Positions 20,856 to 30,801 of a DNA stretch of 64,000 nucleotides are shown here, piece after piece (the stretch's first letter is position 1; each line of letters opens with the position of its first letter). The stretch lies in the NCBI GenBank assembly GCA_000992695.1, contig LBUS01000006.1, positions 21,489 through 85,488 on the forward strand, written 5' to 3'. Both the position numbers and the translations under genes were made by a program. Under the pieces are notes generated by a model. It made no database searches and was not told where the DNA came from. It worked only from the letters and a program-made list of their open reading frames with translations. Source of the DNA: Candidatus Peregrinibacteria bacterium GW2011_GWF2_38_29. GTDB lineage: Bacteria > Patescibacteriota > Gracilibacteria > UBA1369 > UBA12463.

Positions 20856-22388
20856 ATGGAATTAAATATAATACTGTTGGTCACAGGTTTACTCGCAGGT
20901 TTTATAACCGGAGAAGTTCTAACTCCAAAGAAAAAAATTAATATAGCGGAAACGCGACACAAAGCGGATAAAGCCGTTGAATTAGCGAAAGAAAAAGCCC
21001 TTCAAATAAGGGAAAAAGCGAGGACGCAAACCGACGAGGCAAGAACTAAAACAACAGAAAATTCAAAAACGTATGAATTGTTTTTAAAAGATCTTGAAAA
21101 ATCGGTAAAGATAAAAGAAGAAGCTTCGAGTAAAAGAGAAAAAAGACTTGAGGAGTTAAAGCTCCAAGCCGCGCAAGAGGATGAAAAGTTGATTTCAATA
21201 CAGAAAAAACACGAAGAAATAAAACTGGATCAAGTTAAAACTCTTTCAAATAAGGCGGGCAAAAGCGTGGAGGATGTTAAAAACCAACTCGTAAAAAGTT
21301 TTGAGGAGGGGCTTCAAGCGGAAAATATAGATAAATTAAAGAGACTCGAGAGTTATTACGGAGAAATTGCAGAGAAATACGCGAAAAACATGATACTCGA
21401 GACTATGCAAAGGGTGGCAATGGACACTTCGACTGAAAAGAAAAACGTACAAATTTACGTACCAAAAGACGGCTTAAAAGCTGAACTTGTTGGAAGAACA
21501 GGTGAAAATATTAAAGAACTTGAGAGCTTGGTAGAGGTCAGCATTGTGTTTAATGATTTTCCAGATACGATTTCGGTTTCATCCTATAGTTTATTGCAAA
21601 GACACATAGCGGAAATCGCGATAACAAGATTGTTCGAAAGTAGAAGAAGAATAGATGTGAAAATGGTGCAGGAGGCTGTGAAATTCGCGACCGCGGAAGT
21701 TGATAAAGATGTTTATAAGCTCGGACTTGATGCTATAAAAAAACTTGGCATAAAAAGAGCGTTTCATCCGGATTTGGTGAAGATAGTTGGAAGACTTTAT
21801 TTCAGAACAAGTTACGGCCAAAACATTATGCGCCATTCTATGGAGGTTACATATCTTGCAAATATGATAAGTGACGAGCTTGGTTTAGATGGAGAAACAT
21901 GCCGAATAGCGGGATTCTTGCACGACCTCGGAAAAGCAATAGATCAAGACCCGGGAGTGACAGGTGGCCACGATTTTATTACAAAAGAATTGATGACAAA
22001 ATACGGATTTTCGGAAGATGAAATCCATGCGGCATGGGCGCATCACGAGTCTGAGCCTGCAAGAACTCCGGAAGCAATGGTGATTAAAGCAGCAGACGCG
22101 ATTTCAGCCGGAAGGCCTGGTGCAAGACAAGAATCTATAGGTAGATATATTGAAAGGATTAAAGCTTTGGAAGAAATCCCGGGAAGGTTTAATGGTGTTA
22201 AAAGAGCATTCGCGATATCAGCAGGGCGCGAAGTTAGAGTGCTTGTTGATGCGCAAACTTTAAAAGATGAGGATCTTGCCGGACTTGCAAAAACCGTCGC
22301 AGAGACCATAGAAAGCGAGGTTGGTTATCCCGGAAAAGTAAAAATTAACGTGATCAGAAGAACTCAAACTTCTGAATATACAAGATAA
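20856..22388 (+). CDS. rny: Ribonuclease Y
   Basis: N-terminal TM, coiled coil, KH (LVGRTGENIK), RTSYGQN, HD motif LHDLGKA, ADAISAGRPGAR, AGREVRV, YPGKVKINVIR. Confidence 0.95.
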   Translation: MELNIILLVTGLLAGFITGEVLTPKKKINIAETRHKADKAVELAKEKALQIREKARTQTDEARTKTTENSKTYELFLKDLEKSVKIKEEASSKREKRLEELKLQAAQEDEKLISIQKKHEEIKLDQVKTLSNKAGKSVEDVKNQLVKSFEEGLQAENIDKLKRLESYYGEIAEKYAKNMILETMQRVAMDTSTEKKNVQIYVPKDGLKAELVGRTGENIKELESLVEVSIVFNDFPDTISVSSYSLLQRHIAEIAITRLFESRRRIDVKMVQEAVKFATAEVDKDVYKLGLDAIKKLGIKRAFHPDLVKIVGRLYFRTSYGQNIMRHSMEVTYLANMISDELGLDGETCRIAGFLHDLGKAIDQDPGVTGGHDFITKELMTKYGFSEDEIHAAWAHHESEPARTPEAMVIKAADAISAGRPGARQESIGRYIERIKALEEIPGRFNGVKRAFAISAGREVRVLVDAQTLKDEDLAGLAKTVAETIESEVGYPGKVKINVIRRTQTSEYTR

Positions 22389-22409
22389 AAAAAATAACCC
22401 TCACAAAAA

Positions 22410-22649
22410 ATGGCAGACGAAAAAGACTCAGAAGGTATAGTTGATAAATTCATTTTAGGGGCGCTTATCGGTGGAGCAATTGGATCGGTATTAGGCGTAG
22501 CTCTTGCTCCAAAATCAGGCAAGGAGAACAGAAAAACAATCTTCAAAAAATATAAAGAAATAAAAAATAATTTATTGGGCGGCAGAGAACATCAAGGCGT
22601 TAAAGAAGAATCGGTGCAAGAAATAGCTCAAAAACAAGAAGAGGAATAA
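22410..22649 (+). CDS. YtxH-domain protein
   Basis: FILGALIGGAIGSVLGVALAPKSGKENR. Confidence 0.85.
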   Translation: MADEKDSEGIVDKFILGALIGGAIGSVLGVALAPKSGKENRKTIFKKYKEIKNNLLGGREHQGVKEESVQEIAQKQEEE

Positions 22650-22662
22650 ACACAGCTTTATT

Positions 22663-24468
22663 ATGAGCAGAAAATTAAAAGTGGCAAAATACGTTGGAGC
22701 CATTTTGATAATTTTAATGATTGTCGCGGCGGTTATCTTCGGAGGCAAGCCGTCATATGTGATTGCGGGAGTTTTAGTCGAAGATGTTAATTCGGCGCAG
22801 AAACAAGAGGAAATAGCGGTTAAGGTTAAAAACTTTCAGGATAAAAAAATACAAATTACATACAATGATAAAGCGGTTTATATCTCCCCTTCTGATATTG
22901 GCGCAGAAATAGATTTAAACGAAACGATTAATAAGTTAAGACGGTCAAATCGCATAGGGTTTTTCGTGGATCCGATTTATACGCCACTCGAAAATAAATT
23001 TGATCAGGCGAAATTAACAGATTTTATAAAAAATGAATTCAAGGACGATATAAGAGAAATGAAAGAGGCGCGTATTGTTGTTAATAAGGGCAACTTCGAG
23101 ATCGTAAAAGAACAAGAGGGTTCAAAGTTAGACGAAAAAAAATTGGCGGACGATATAAAAAGTAAGCTCGAAAAGGCCTCGGAAGAAATTATAAATTTAA
23201 ATTTTATAAAAACACCACCAACCATTTTATCAGAAGATTTAAGCGTAAATTTTGAAAGAATTAAAACGGCGCTTGGCAAGAGTATCGCAGTCAAATACGA
23301 CCAAAAGCCATATCCGTTTTATCCAAAAACTTTTTTAGACGCAGTGTTTTTTCAAAAAGAATATAAGTTAATAACGGACGATGCTGTGGCCGGTCAATTT
23401 GTGGGATCGGGAATTAAAATTAAGTTAAATTCAGAGCTTGTTAAAAAATCTTTCATTACAAATATAGCGCAAGAAATAGACAAAAAAGCCAATCCGGTAA
23501 AAATTTATAAAGATAAAAGCGAGAAGATTGTTATTGAAGGACACGGCGATGTTGGCGAAGAGGTTGATCAGGACAAATTAATAGAATTGCTCGAAATTGC
23601 AATGAATGAAAATGTACAAATTGTAAAAATTCCGATAATCCAGACCAGTCCGGAAGTCTCAATCTCTGAAGATCTGCAAGCGCTTGGCATAAAAGAGCTT
23701 ATTGGCACAGGGCATACCTCTTATTACAATTCACCAAAAAATAGAATTCATAATATTGCGAACGGAGTCGCAAAATTCAACGGCGTTTTGATTAAGCCTG
23801 ATGAAATTTTTTCTTTTAACAAAACTCTTGGGCGCGTCGATGAAACAACCGGATATTTAAAAGAATTGGTTATTAGACCGGAAGGAACAGTGCCGGAATA
23901 TGGTGGCGGGCTTTGCCAAGTTTCAAGCACAATGTATAGAGCCGCGATATACGCAGGCTTGCCGATCATTGAAAGATCCCCTCATTCTTATGCAGTTACT
24001 TATTATTCGCAAATTGGTGGGCACGGGCTTGATGCAACGATTTATCCGGGCGTGCACGATTTAAAGTTTAAAAACGACACAGGGGCGCATATTCTCGTCC
24101 AATCTTATACAGACAGCCTTGAAGCATATTACAAATTTTACGGAACCTCAGACGGAAGAAAGGTTGCCATGGACGGACCTTATCTGGGCAATTATAAGGA
24201 TGCTTTAAAGGAAGAAATTATAAAAACCGTCAGTTTGGCGCCCGGCGAGAAAAAAATGATTGAGCACGCAGGAAAAGGCTTTGACGCGGTTTGGTATCGA
24301 ACGATAACTTATATAAGCGGTCTCAGTTCAAAAGAGACGATTTTTAGCCAATATAGACCAACGGCAAACAGATATAACGTTGGATATACAGCCGAAGAAT
24401 TAGCGCAACAGGCTGCGCAAAATACACAAGGGGCTTTGCCGATCAAGACTGGAGAGTTTAAAGATTAA
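22663..24468 (+). CDS. VanW-family protein with peptidoglycan-binding-type N-terminal region
   Basis: NRIHNI, FSFNKTLG, GGGLCQVSSTMY, ERSPHS, GLDATIY, DLKFKNDT. Confidence 0.9.
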   Translation: MSRKLKVAKYVGAILIILMIVAAVIFGGKPSYVIAGVLVEDVNSAQKQEEIAVKVKNFQDKKIQITYNDKAVYISPSDIGAEIDLNETINKLRRSNRIGFFVDPIYTPLENKFDQAKLTDFIKNEFKDDIREMKEARIVVNKGNFEIVKEQEGSKLDEKKLADDIKSKLEKASEEIINLNFIKTPPTILSEDLSVNFERIKTALGKSIAVKYDQKPYPFYPKTFLDAVFFQKEYKLITDDAVAGQFVGSGIKIKLNSELVKKSFITNIAQEIDKKANPVKIYKDKSEKIVIEGHGDVGEEVDQDKLIELLEIAMNENVQIVKIPIIQTSPEVSISEDLQALGIKELIGTGHTSYYNSPKNRIHNIANGVAKFNGVLIKPDEIFSFNKTLGRVDETTGYLKELVIRPEGTVPEYGGGLCQVSSTMYRAAIYAGLPIIERSPHSYAVTYYSQIGGHGLDATIYPGVHDLKFKNDTGAHILVQSYTDSLEAYYKFYGTSDGRKVAMDGPYLGNYKDALKEEIIKTVSLAPGEKKMIEHAGKGFDAVWYRTITYISGLSSKETIFSQYRPTANRYNVGYTAEELAQQAAQNTQGALPIKTGEFKD

Positions 24469-25351
24469 GGAGCGCAATCCCCGCAAGATTAATTAAAAGT
24501 GCGCAGATTTTTAAGACGACGTTCCTTTTATCCAAATCTTCCCGAAGGTCGACTTTTATAAATAGTGCAAAAACAATAACTAAAATAAAAACAAAGATTG
24601 ATTGGAACCCTTCCATGGCATAAACAAGCGCAACTTTACCAAGAGAAAGCGCCCAAACATTTAGCAAGGTGCCGATAATCCCAATTACGATTGCCGCAAG
24701 AATAATAAGAACGGTTTTGGTGTTAAAAGTTTTCATTTCCGCGGCATGAATATCGCGGATTTTTTTAAAAAAGAAAAATGGGATAGCAAGTAGCATGCCG
24801 ATTATATGTGTATAAATAAACAAATTTATTGTACCGATTTCTTGAGAGACATGCCGCACAGCGGTTCCATATATTGCAAATCCAACGCAAGAAAGCGCCA
24901 TCCACCAAAAAGCTTTTGAAAATTTAACAATACCTTTACCAAATTTCATCGAAGCCAAAACGATCCCAAATGTGAGCATGCAAAATGCGATTATTTGATT
25001 ATTTGTCAGAGTCTCCCCTATCGTGAAGTAAGCCATTATCAGGCTAAAAAGAGGAATCAAAACCCATAAAATATTTATTCTCGAAACGTCTTCTATCTGC
25101 ATCGCTTTAACATATGGGAATAAAGCTGCAAATTCAAAAGCGGTTGCAAGCAATATCCATAAAAATTGACTCATCGTTGGTATGTACAAGCCAAAAAACG
25201 GGATTAACACTACGCTAGCTCCTCCAATAAGAAACATCCAAATACAATATATGTAAGGATTTTTTATTTTATTTGTGAGTATAAATTTATCGCCAATGCT
25301 TCCAAAAGCCCAAACGAGATGCGATGAAATTGCAATAAAAATCCAATTCAT
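24458..25351 (-). CDS. EamA/DMT-family transporter
   Basis: About 10 TM helices in two repeats, DK motif, GETL. Confidence 0.8.
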   Translation of the reverse strand: MNWIFIAISSHLVWAFGSIGDKFILTNKIKNPYIYCIWMFLIGGASVVLIPFFGLYIPTMSQFLWILLATAFEFAALFPYVKAMQIEDVSRINILWVLIPLFSLIMAYFTIGETLTNNQIIAFCMLTFGIVLASMKFGKGIVKFSKAFWWMALSCVGFAIYGTAVRHVSQEIGTINLFIYTHIIGMLLAIPFFFFKKIRDIHAAEMKTFNTKTVLIILAAIVIGIIGTLLNVWALSLGKVALVYAMEGFQSIFVFILVIVFALFIKVDLREDLDKRNVVLKICALLINLAGIALLNL

Positions 25352-25403
25352 AAGCGGATTCTACATAAATATACAAAAAATATCGAGGAAATGGATGAGC
25401 TTA

Positions 25404-25558
25404 TAGGGGTTTGTCGGTTGGATGTTTCGAAGACAGTCGCGAGGTTGAGCGACCACGGTGTTTGGCTTTGCCAAACGAGCGAAACCGAGCGCTAGTGCAT
25501 CTGTGCACGGTGGGCACAGAAAACGTGTCTGAGAAGCAGACAACCAGCAAACCTTCTA
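25404..25558 (+). other. Structured GC-rich non-coding element (branched hairpin with tandem G.A mismatches); ncRNA or REP/MITE-like DNA
   Basis: Outer stem GGTTTG/CAAACC, GGTTG/CAACC, TGTTTC/GAAGCA, AGACA/TGTCT; inner hairpins GTTTGGC-TTT-GCCAAAC and TCTGTGC-N7-GCACAGA. Confidence 0.65.
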
Positions 25559-26401
25559 CTTCCTCGGTTTCTTATGTTTTATTTTCTTCGAAACCGCCTT
25601 AAGATTCAAATTATTTTTATCAATTTTCAGTCCTTGATCAATCACTTCTTTTGCGCGATCAAGGTTCCCGAGCGAAACATACGCATCCGCAAGAGCCGCG
25701 TAAGAATCAGGATTATTTGGATCTAACGAGATTGCTTTATTGATATTTTCAATGGTGGCATCATAATTTCCCATCTCATGCGTAACGCGACCAATATTTA
25801 AAAATCTTTTTGGATTTGACGAATCAAGTTCTGCAGATTTAACATAAGCTTCACAAGATTCCGGATATCTTTGTTGCATATAAAACGCATTTCCAAGATT
25901 GCTATAAACAACGGCGTCGCCGCAGTTTATGCCAAGCAACTTTTTAAAAATCGCTTCCGCCTTCATAGGCAAATTCTTTTTCAAATAAATAACGCCAAGT
26001 CTAAGGTTTGCTTCAACATGGTTTTCATTGAACGATAAAGCCTTGATATAAGCCTTTTCCGCCTCATCTACGTAATCTTTCTTAAAGGCTTTTTCACCTG
26101 CCAAAAAATATTTCTCCATTTCTTTTTGATCATCGGTTTCAAGCCTTGGTTGAACGGTTTCATTCCCAATAACAGCCGCAGGGCAATGCGCAGCATCAGG
26201 CGCGGAAGTTTCAACAGGGATATTTATAAAAGACTTGTTTTGCTTTTTAAATCGCGAAAAAATATATTTTTCTCCATAAGCAAAAAGTTTTTGACCGCTT
26301 CCTGTAAAAAACCACAAGTTTTTATTGAGCCTTTGGCGTCTTATAAATATTAAAACAAGTCCCAAAACAGAAAATATCGCAAGTAAAATATAAATAAGCA
26401 T
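25556..26401 (-). CDS. Membrane-anchored TPR protein
   Basis: N-terminal TM; repeated TPR units (AEKAYIKAL, LG..YL, NLGNAFY, KAISLDPNNPDSY..LA). Confidence 0.85.
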   Translation of the reverse strand: MLIYILLAIFSVLGLVLIFIRRQRLNKNLWFFTGSGQKLFAYGEKYIFSRFKKQNKSFINIPVETSAPDAAHCPAAVIGNETVQPRLETDDQKEMEKYFLAGEKAFKKDYVDEAEKAYIKALSFNENHVEANLRLGVIYLKKNLPMKAEAIFKKLLGINCGDAVVYSNLGNAFYMQQRYPESCEAYVKSAELDSSNPKRFLNIGRVTHEMGNYDATIENINKAISLDPNNPDSYAALADAYVSLGNLDRAKEVIDQGLKIDKNNLNLKAVSKKIKHKKPRK

Positions 26402-26406
26402 ATTTT

Positions 26407-27282
26407 TTAAATTAATTCAGGCTCAGCTTCAGGGCTTTCAGAAGCCTGTTTTCTGCCCCCAGCAGGAGTCGAAAGTATTTTTTTAATTTCCTTGTCTTCA
26501 ATAACCATAAATTGTCCTTCGCGCGTGATGATCTTCACTTTTCTATTCAAAACATCAAGACCAATAACTTCAGCTTCATTGTCTTTTGTTGCGACAATGG
26601 TGCCAATTTCCGGCAATCCTTCTCTCATGCGATTATATTCTTCAACTTCAAATCTTAAACAGCAAAGCAATTTTCCACATACGCCTGATAATTTGCTTCC
26701 GCCTTTTCCTTCAAGTCCCTGCACTCTAACCATTTCCATGGTGATGCTTAGCAATTTATCCATCCAGCTTTTACAGCAAACGCGCTTTCCGCATTTTCCG
26801 CATGTAGCAAGCATTCTTGCGCGATCCCTAGGTCCAACTTGATGTAAGTGAATTTGTTTTTTAAATTGACCGGCGAGTATTTTCACAAGTTCGCGAAAAT
26901 CAACGCGTTCATCAGCTGTGAATAAAAATGCGAGACGTTTTCCATCAAAAGAAAACGACGCGTCAAAAACATGCATATTCAAATTTAATTCCGTGACTTT
27001 ATCGCAGCACATCATAACCGCTTCAGCTTTTCTTTCTTCGTGCGATTCGATTTTTTGCAAATCGTGAGAAGTGGCTTTTCTAAGCACACAAGCGTTTTTC
27101 ATCAATTTCTCGGCATCAGAGGCGGGCCCAATATAATTTATTTTTCCGGCATCTTCAGAGCCTTCGTCGTCGCGATAGATTATTATATCGCCCGCAGAGT
27201 AATCAGCATCATCCTTTTCCGTGCACGGAATTTCAATAAGGTTTTTCTTAAAAAACGAAATTATGTGAAATGTATTTTTCAT
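26407..27282 (-). CDS. ricT: PSP1-domain protein RicT/YaaT
   Basis: FTADERVDFRELVK.LA, QVGPRD, CGKRVCC, KLSGVCGKLLCCLRFE; follows holB as in the conserved holB-yaaT order. Confidence 0.9.
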   Translation of the reverse strand: MKNTFHIISFFKKNLIEIPCTEKDDADYSAGDIIIYRDDEGSEDAGKINYIGPASDAEKLMKNACVLRKATSHDLQKIESHEERKAEAVMMCCDKVTELNLNMHVFDASFSFDGKRLAFLFTADERVDFRELVKILAGQFKKQIHLHQVGPRDRARMLATCGKCGKRVCCKSWMDKLLSITMEMVRVQGLEGKGGSKLSGVCGKLLCCLRFEVEEYNRMREGLPEIGTIVATKDNEAEVIGLDVLNRKVKIITREGQFMVIEDKEIKKILSTPAGGRKQASESPEAEPELI

Positions 27283-28181
27283 ATGTTTAGCATTAAATTT
27301 TCAAGCGCTAGCTTTGGGTTAATATTATGCTTTAAAAGGTAATTTGTATAATCTATTTTTTCCAAAACCTCGACATAAGGTTTTCGATAAGGCGCGCCGG
27401 TTATCATCCTTGTACGGATTATATGCGTTAAAATATCCAGAATGTCTGCAATTTTTCTCGGATCATGTTCGGCTTCTTTTATATATAAAAATCTATCAAA
27501 AATGCTTTCATAATCAAGGAATCTTTGAAGGTCGGTATATAAAGTCTTATAATTTGATGCAAGTTGCGGGTCGTTGATAAGATCGAACGCTACGCCGGGC
27601 TTGCCTAAGGCAAATTTGCTGATTTGCTCGATCGTCGCCGCATCAGTTTCCGGATACATATTCGTCAGGTGTTTTACCAAAACATCTTCAGGGCAGTGGT
27701 GAAATTTCAGAACTCTTACGCGTGAAAGAATTGTCGGCATAATGCTTTTTAAAAACAAAGTTGTAAAAAGAAAAATCGTGTTTGGCGGCGGCTCTTCAAG
27801 CGTTTTAAGCAAACAGTTTCCGGCCTCATCCACCATGCGTTCAATGTTTTCCGCAATAACAATTTTATATTTACTTGGTGCGCTCAAATTAAGTCTATTT
27901 ATCAATGCGCGAATTTCATCTATTTTTATCGATTCGCCATTATCTCGAAAAACAATTGTATCCGGATGCGCATTTTTCTCTATTTGAAGGCAAGTTTGGC
28001 ATGTATGACAAAAGCTGTTTTCACACTGAAGAATATGCGCAAAGGTTTTTGCGACAGTAAATTTTCCGACCTTTTCCGGTCCGGCAAAAAGATACGCATG
28101 CGCAATATTGCCGGAAGTAATATCGTCTTCCAGGCCTTGCACAAGCTTTTCATGCCCTACAATTCTCCACGTGTATTTCAT
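27279..28181 (-). CDS. holB: DNA polymerase III delta-prime subunit
   Basis: HAYLFAGPEKVGK, C..C..C zinc motif, HPD, IKIDEIR, NCLLKTLEEPP, TILSR. Confidence 0.93.
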   Translation of the reverse strand: MKYTWRIVGHEKLVQGLEDDITSGNIAHAYLFAGPEKVGKFTVAKTFAHILQCENSFCHTCQTCLQIEKNAHPDTIVFRDNGESIKIDEIRALINRLNLSAPSKYKIVIAENIERMVDEAGNCLLKTLEEPPPNTIFLFTTLFLKSIMPTILSRVRVLKFHHCPEDVLVKHLTNMYPETDAATIEQISKFALGKPGVAFDLINDPQLASNYKTLYTDLQRFLDYESIFDRFLYIKEAEHDPRKIADILDILTHIIRTRMITGAPYRKPYVEVLEKIDYTNYLLKHNINPKLALENLMLNI

Positions 28182-28194
28182 ATTTTTTCAAACT

Positions 28195-29496
28195 TTATCC
28201 GATTTTTTGCCAAGTTTTTTCTTGTCTACAAAGAAGCTCATCAGCCTTTTCCGGATGTGCCATCAATGCTTTCACAAATCTTTCCAAGCGAACTTTATTT
28301 TGAGATCCTTTAACGAGTAAAATATCTTCTTTTTTTATTAAATCTTTTGCGAATTCAGCGGCAACCAAGGCTGAACTAAAAAAGCCGACTTTGCTTTTGT
28401 CCAAGCCATTTTGAGTAGCTTCTTCTCCTGCAATTTTTGCAAATTCTCCAACGCAAAGCATAATGTCGGCGGTCTTCGCAGCATGCGCGCCAACCTCTTT
28501 ATGATATTCCGGCGACGCCTCTCCTAACTCATTCATATTCCCAAAAACAAAGATTTTTCTCTTTGCTCCGGCAAGGTCTTTCATTGTATTTAAAGCCGCA
28601 ATCGTTGCCTCGGGAGATGCATTATAAGAGCTATCAATAATCACAGATCCATTGATTCCTTCAATCAAATTCATTCTCCCCGGTGGCGGGCAAAAATACT
28701 TCAAAGATTCGGCGATATCATTCATATAAAGACCGCATTCAAGCGCGCAAGCGATAACAGGTAAAAAGCAATAAACGTGCTGTTCTCCCAAAATCGGAAC
28801 TTCAAATTTTGCGCGCAAATTCCCATAAACAGCAGTAAAAGAAATTCCACTTAAAGTCGTTTTAACGTCTTCAGCATGCAATTTCGCCTCTTTATTAAGC
28901 CCAAATCCAATGAATTTAATCCCCTTCTCGTCATGCAATTTTCCTTGAATTTCATATAATTTTTTCACACGATCATCATCAACATTAATAATTGCGACCC
29001 CATTTTTTTTCAAATTTTTCACAATAATACTTTTTTCTTCATAAACTTCGTCAAGATTTTTAAATTGTCCCGGATTCAAGTGAACGGGCTTAACATTCGA
29101 AAAAATTGCAATATCCGGCTGAACAATTGCGGTCAAGTCTCGCATATCCCCGACCTTATCAACACCCATTTCCAAAATAAAGAAGTCAACTTTTTTTCGT
29201 GAAAAATAAGCATTATATTTCGCTTTCAAAATATTAATCATCCATAAAATCGGTGAAGAAAATCCCGCATCAGCCTCAAGAATCGTTAAAGGCAAGCCAA
29301 ATTCCGTGTTGTAACTTTTTTTATTCGCAATCACGCTAAAGTGCGCTTCCAAAACTTTTTTTAAAGCGTCTTTTGTAGTTGTTTTTCCGGCACTACCTGT
29401 TACTCCAATAATTTTTGCATGCTTCAATCTCTTTAGCCTAACTTTGGTCAAAAAAACAAGCGCTCTATAAACAATATTTCTAAGTATTTTTTTCAT
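28195..29496 (-). CDS. murF: UDP-MurNAc-tripeptide D-Ala-D-Ala ligase (lacks the usual N-terminal domain)
   Basis: IGVTGSAGKTTTK, NTEFGLPLT, LEMG, PGRM, IDSSYNASP, GNMNELG, LVKGS. Confidence 0.88.
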   Translation of the reverse strand: MKKILRNIVYRALVFLTKVRLKRLKHAKIIGVTGSAGKTTTKDALKKVLEAHFSVIANKKSYNTEFGLPLTILEADAGFSSPILWMINILKAKYNAYFSRKKVDFFILEMGVDKVGDMRDLTAIVQPDIAIFSNVKPVHLNPGQFKNLDEVYEEKSIIVKNLKKNGVAIINVDDDRVKKLYEIQGKLHDEKGIKFIGFGLNKEAKLHAEDVKTTLSGISFTAVYGNLRAKFEVPILGEQHVYCFLPVIACALECGLYMNDIAESLKYFCPPPGRMNLIEGINGSVIIDSSYNASPEATIAALNTMKDLAGAKRKIFVFGNMNELGEASPEYHKEVGAHAAKTADIMLCVGEFAKIAGEEATQNGLDKSKVGFFSSALVAAEFAKDLIKKEDILLVKGSQNKVRLERFVKALMAHPEKADELLCRQEKTWQKIG

Positions 29497-29542
29497 AATT
29501 CAGGCTTTCATACTAGCACTTTTCAGCTTTTTAATCCACGTC

Positions 29543-29603
29543 GAAAATTCAAAAATTGAACATTGAAAATTGAATGTAAATTGGAGCTTGTGAATTGTAA
29601 ATT
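29543..29603 (-). repeat. Heptamer-periodic element downstream of rplT
   Basis: AATTTAC AATTCAC AAGCTCC AATTTAC ATTC AATTTTC AATGTTC AATTTTTG AATTTTC. Confidence 0.65.
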
Positions 29604-29611
29604 TCTTCAGC

Positions 29612-29962
29612 CTACGCCTTCAAAACCTCTTCCACGACTTTCTTAAACGTACCAGGTTCGCTAAGCGCAATATCCGCCAGGACTTTTCTATCAAGCAAGA
29701 TAGCTTTTTTGACTAGTCCATTTATGAATCGGCTGTAGTTGATGCCATTTTTCTTGCATTCAGCTTGCATTCTAACGATCCAAGTTGTGCGCATTTGGCG
29801 CTTCTTTTGTCTGCGACCAATATACGAATTCTGACCTTGTTTCATCAAAGCCATTTTTGCGAGTCCGTATTTTCTTGATCTACCTGAACGAAAGCCTTTA
29901 GCAGCTTTTAAAATACTATTGTGACGTTTTTTTGTATGGACGCCTCCTTTTACTCTTGTCAT
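29612..29962 (-). CDS. rplT: 50S ribosomal protein L20
   Basis: MTRVKGG, AKGFR, RRQKKR, WI.R, YSRFINGL, LDRKVLADIA. Confidence 0.97.
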   Translation of the reverse strand: MTRVKGGVHTKKRHNSILKAAKGFRSGRSRKYGLAKMALMKQGQNSYIGRRQKKRQMRTTWIVRMQAECKKNGINYSRFINGLVKKAILLDRKVLADIALSEPGTFKKVVEEVLKA

Positions 29963-29974
29963 ATTATTTTAGGT

Positions 29975-30172
29975 TTACTGATTATTTGGTAACAAAGCGC
30001 GGACAGCTTTCATGTCTGAAGGCATGCCAACAAGACCCTTTCTATAGGTCCTTTTTTGTCTTTTCGATTTTCCGAAAAGAAGGTGATTTCTGCAAGGTTT
30101 CTTGAAAACCACTTTTTTCTTCGCAGTCATTCTCATTCTTTTTTTCGCTCCACTATGTGTTCTTTGCTTCAT
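29975..30172 (-). CDS. rpmI: 50S ribosomal protein L35
   Basis: KQRTHSGAKKR...HLL..KSKRQKR; lies between infC and rplT. Confidence 0.95.
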   Translation of the reverse strand: MKQRTHSGAKKRMRMTAKKKVVFKKPCRNHLLFGKSKRQKRTYRKGLVGMPSDMKAVRALLPNNQ

Positions 30173-30200
30173 ATAATTTGAGTTTTTAATTAGTTTTAAG

Positions 30201-30713
30201 TTATTTCCCCAGTGGGGTTAAGATCGCAATTAATTGATTCCCCTGTCTCTTTGGCATCTCTTCCAGCTTTCCAAAATCCTTAACGAGAGCGTAGAAATCT
30301 TCCAACTTTTTCTTTCCTAAGTCAATATGAGTTATTTCTCTTCCTCTAAACATCATTACAACTTTGACCGTGCATCTGTCTTCCAAGAACTTTTTTGTCT
30401 GATTCGCCTTGGTTTCAAGATCATGTTGTCCGATTTGAAACCCAAGACGTATGCCCTTCACCTCACTTTGCTTATGCATTTTTCTTTGCTTCGTTTCCAG
30501 TTTTTGCTGATGATACAAATATTTTCCATAATCCAACAATTTGCATATCGGCGGATTTTCATGAGGCGCAACTTCACATAAGTCATATCCTGTTTCTTTG
30601 GCCATTTGAAGCGCTTTTTCAATAGGCACGATTCCAACAGGTCCTCCATCCTGATCAATCAAACGGACGCTATAAGCTCTAATCTGATTGTTGATTCGCA
30701 AGTGTTTTGGTAT
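30201..30713 (-). CDS. infC: Translation initiation factor IF-3 (probable non-canonical ATA start at 30713)
   Basis: RINNQIR..VRLID, DL.EVAP...PP.CKLLDYGKY, HDLETK, FRGRE; in-frame ATA CCA AAA CAC precedes the TTG at 30701, consistent with the atypical start codons of infC. Confidence 0.95.
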   Translation of the reverse strand: MPKHLRINNQIRAYSVRLIDQDGGPVGIVPIEKALQMAKETGYDLCEVAPHENPPICKLLDYGKYLYHQQKLETKQRKMHKQSEVKGIRLGFQIGQHDLETKANQTKKFLEDRCTVKVVMMFRGREITHIDLGKKKLEDFYALVKDFGKLEEMPKRQGNQLIAILTPLGK

Positions 30714-30801
30714 ACAGAATTGGTTAAATTTGGCTTAAGCTTGATGGATAATAATAAAAAACCCTCATAAAGTCAATGCAATTCAGGAATTGCAGGAAAA
30801 A

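Noticed and set aside
25361-25602. Short ORFs 25361-25543 and 25411-25602
   Set aside because: They coincide with the structured element; peptides look non-coding
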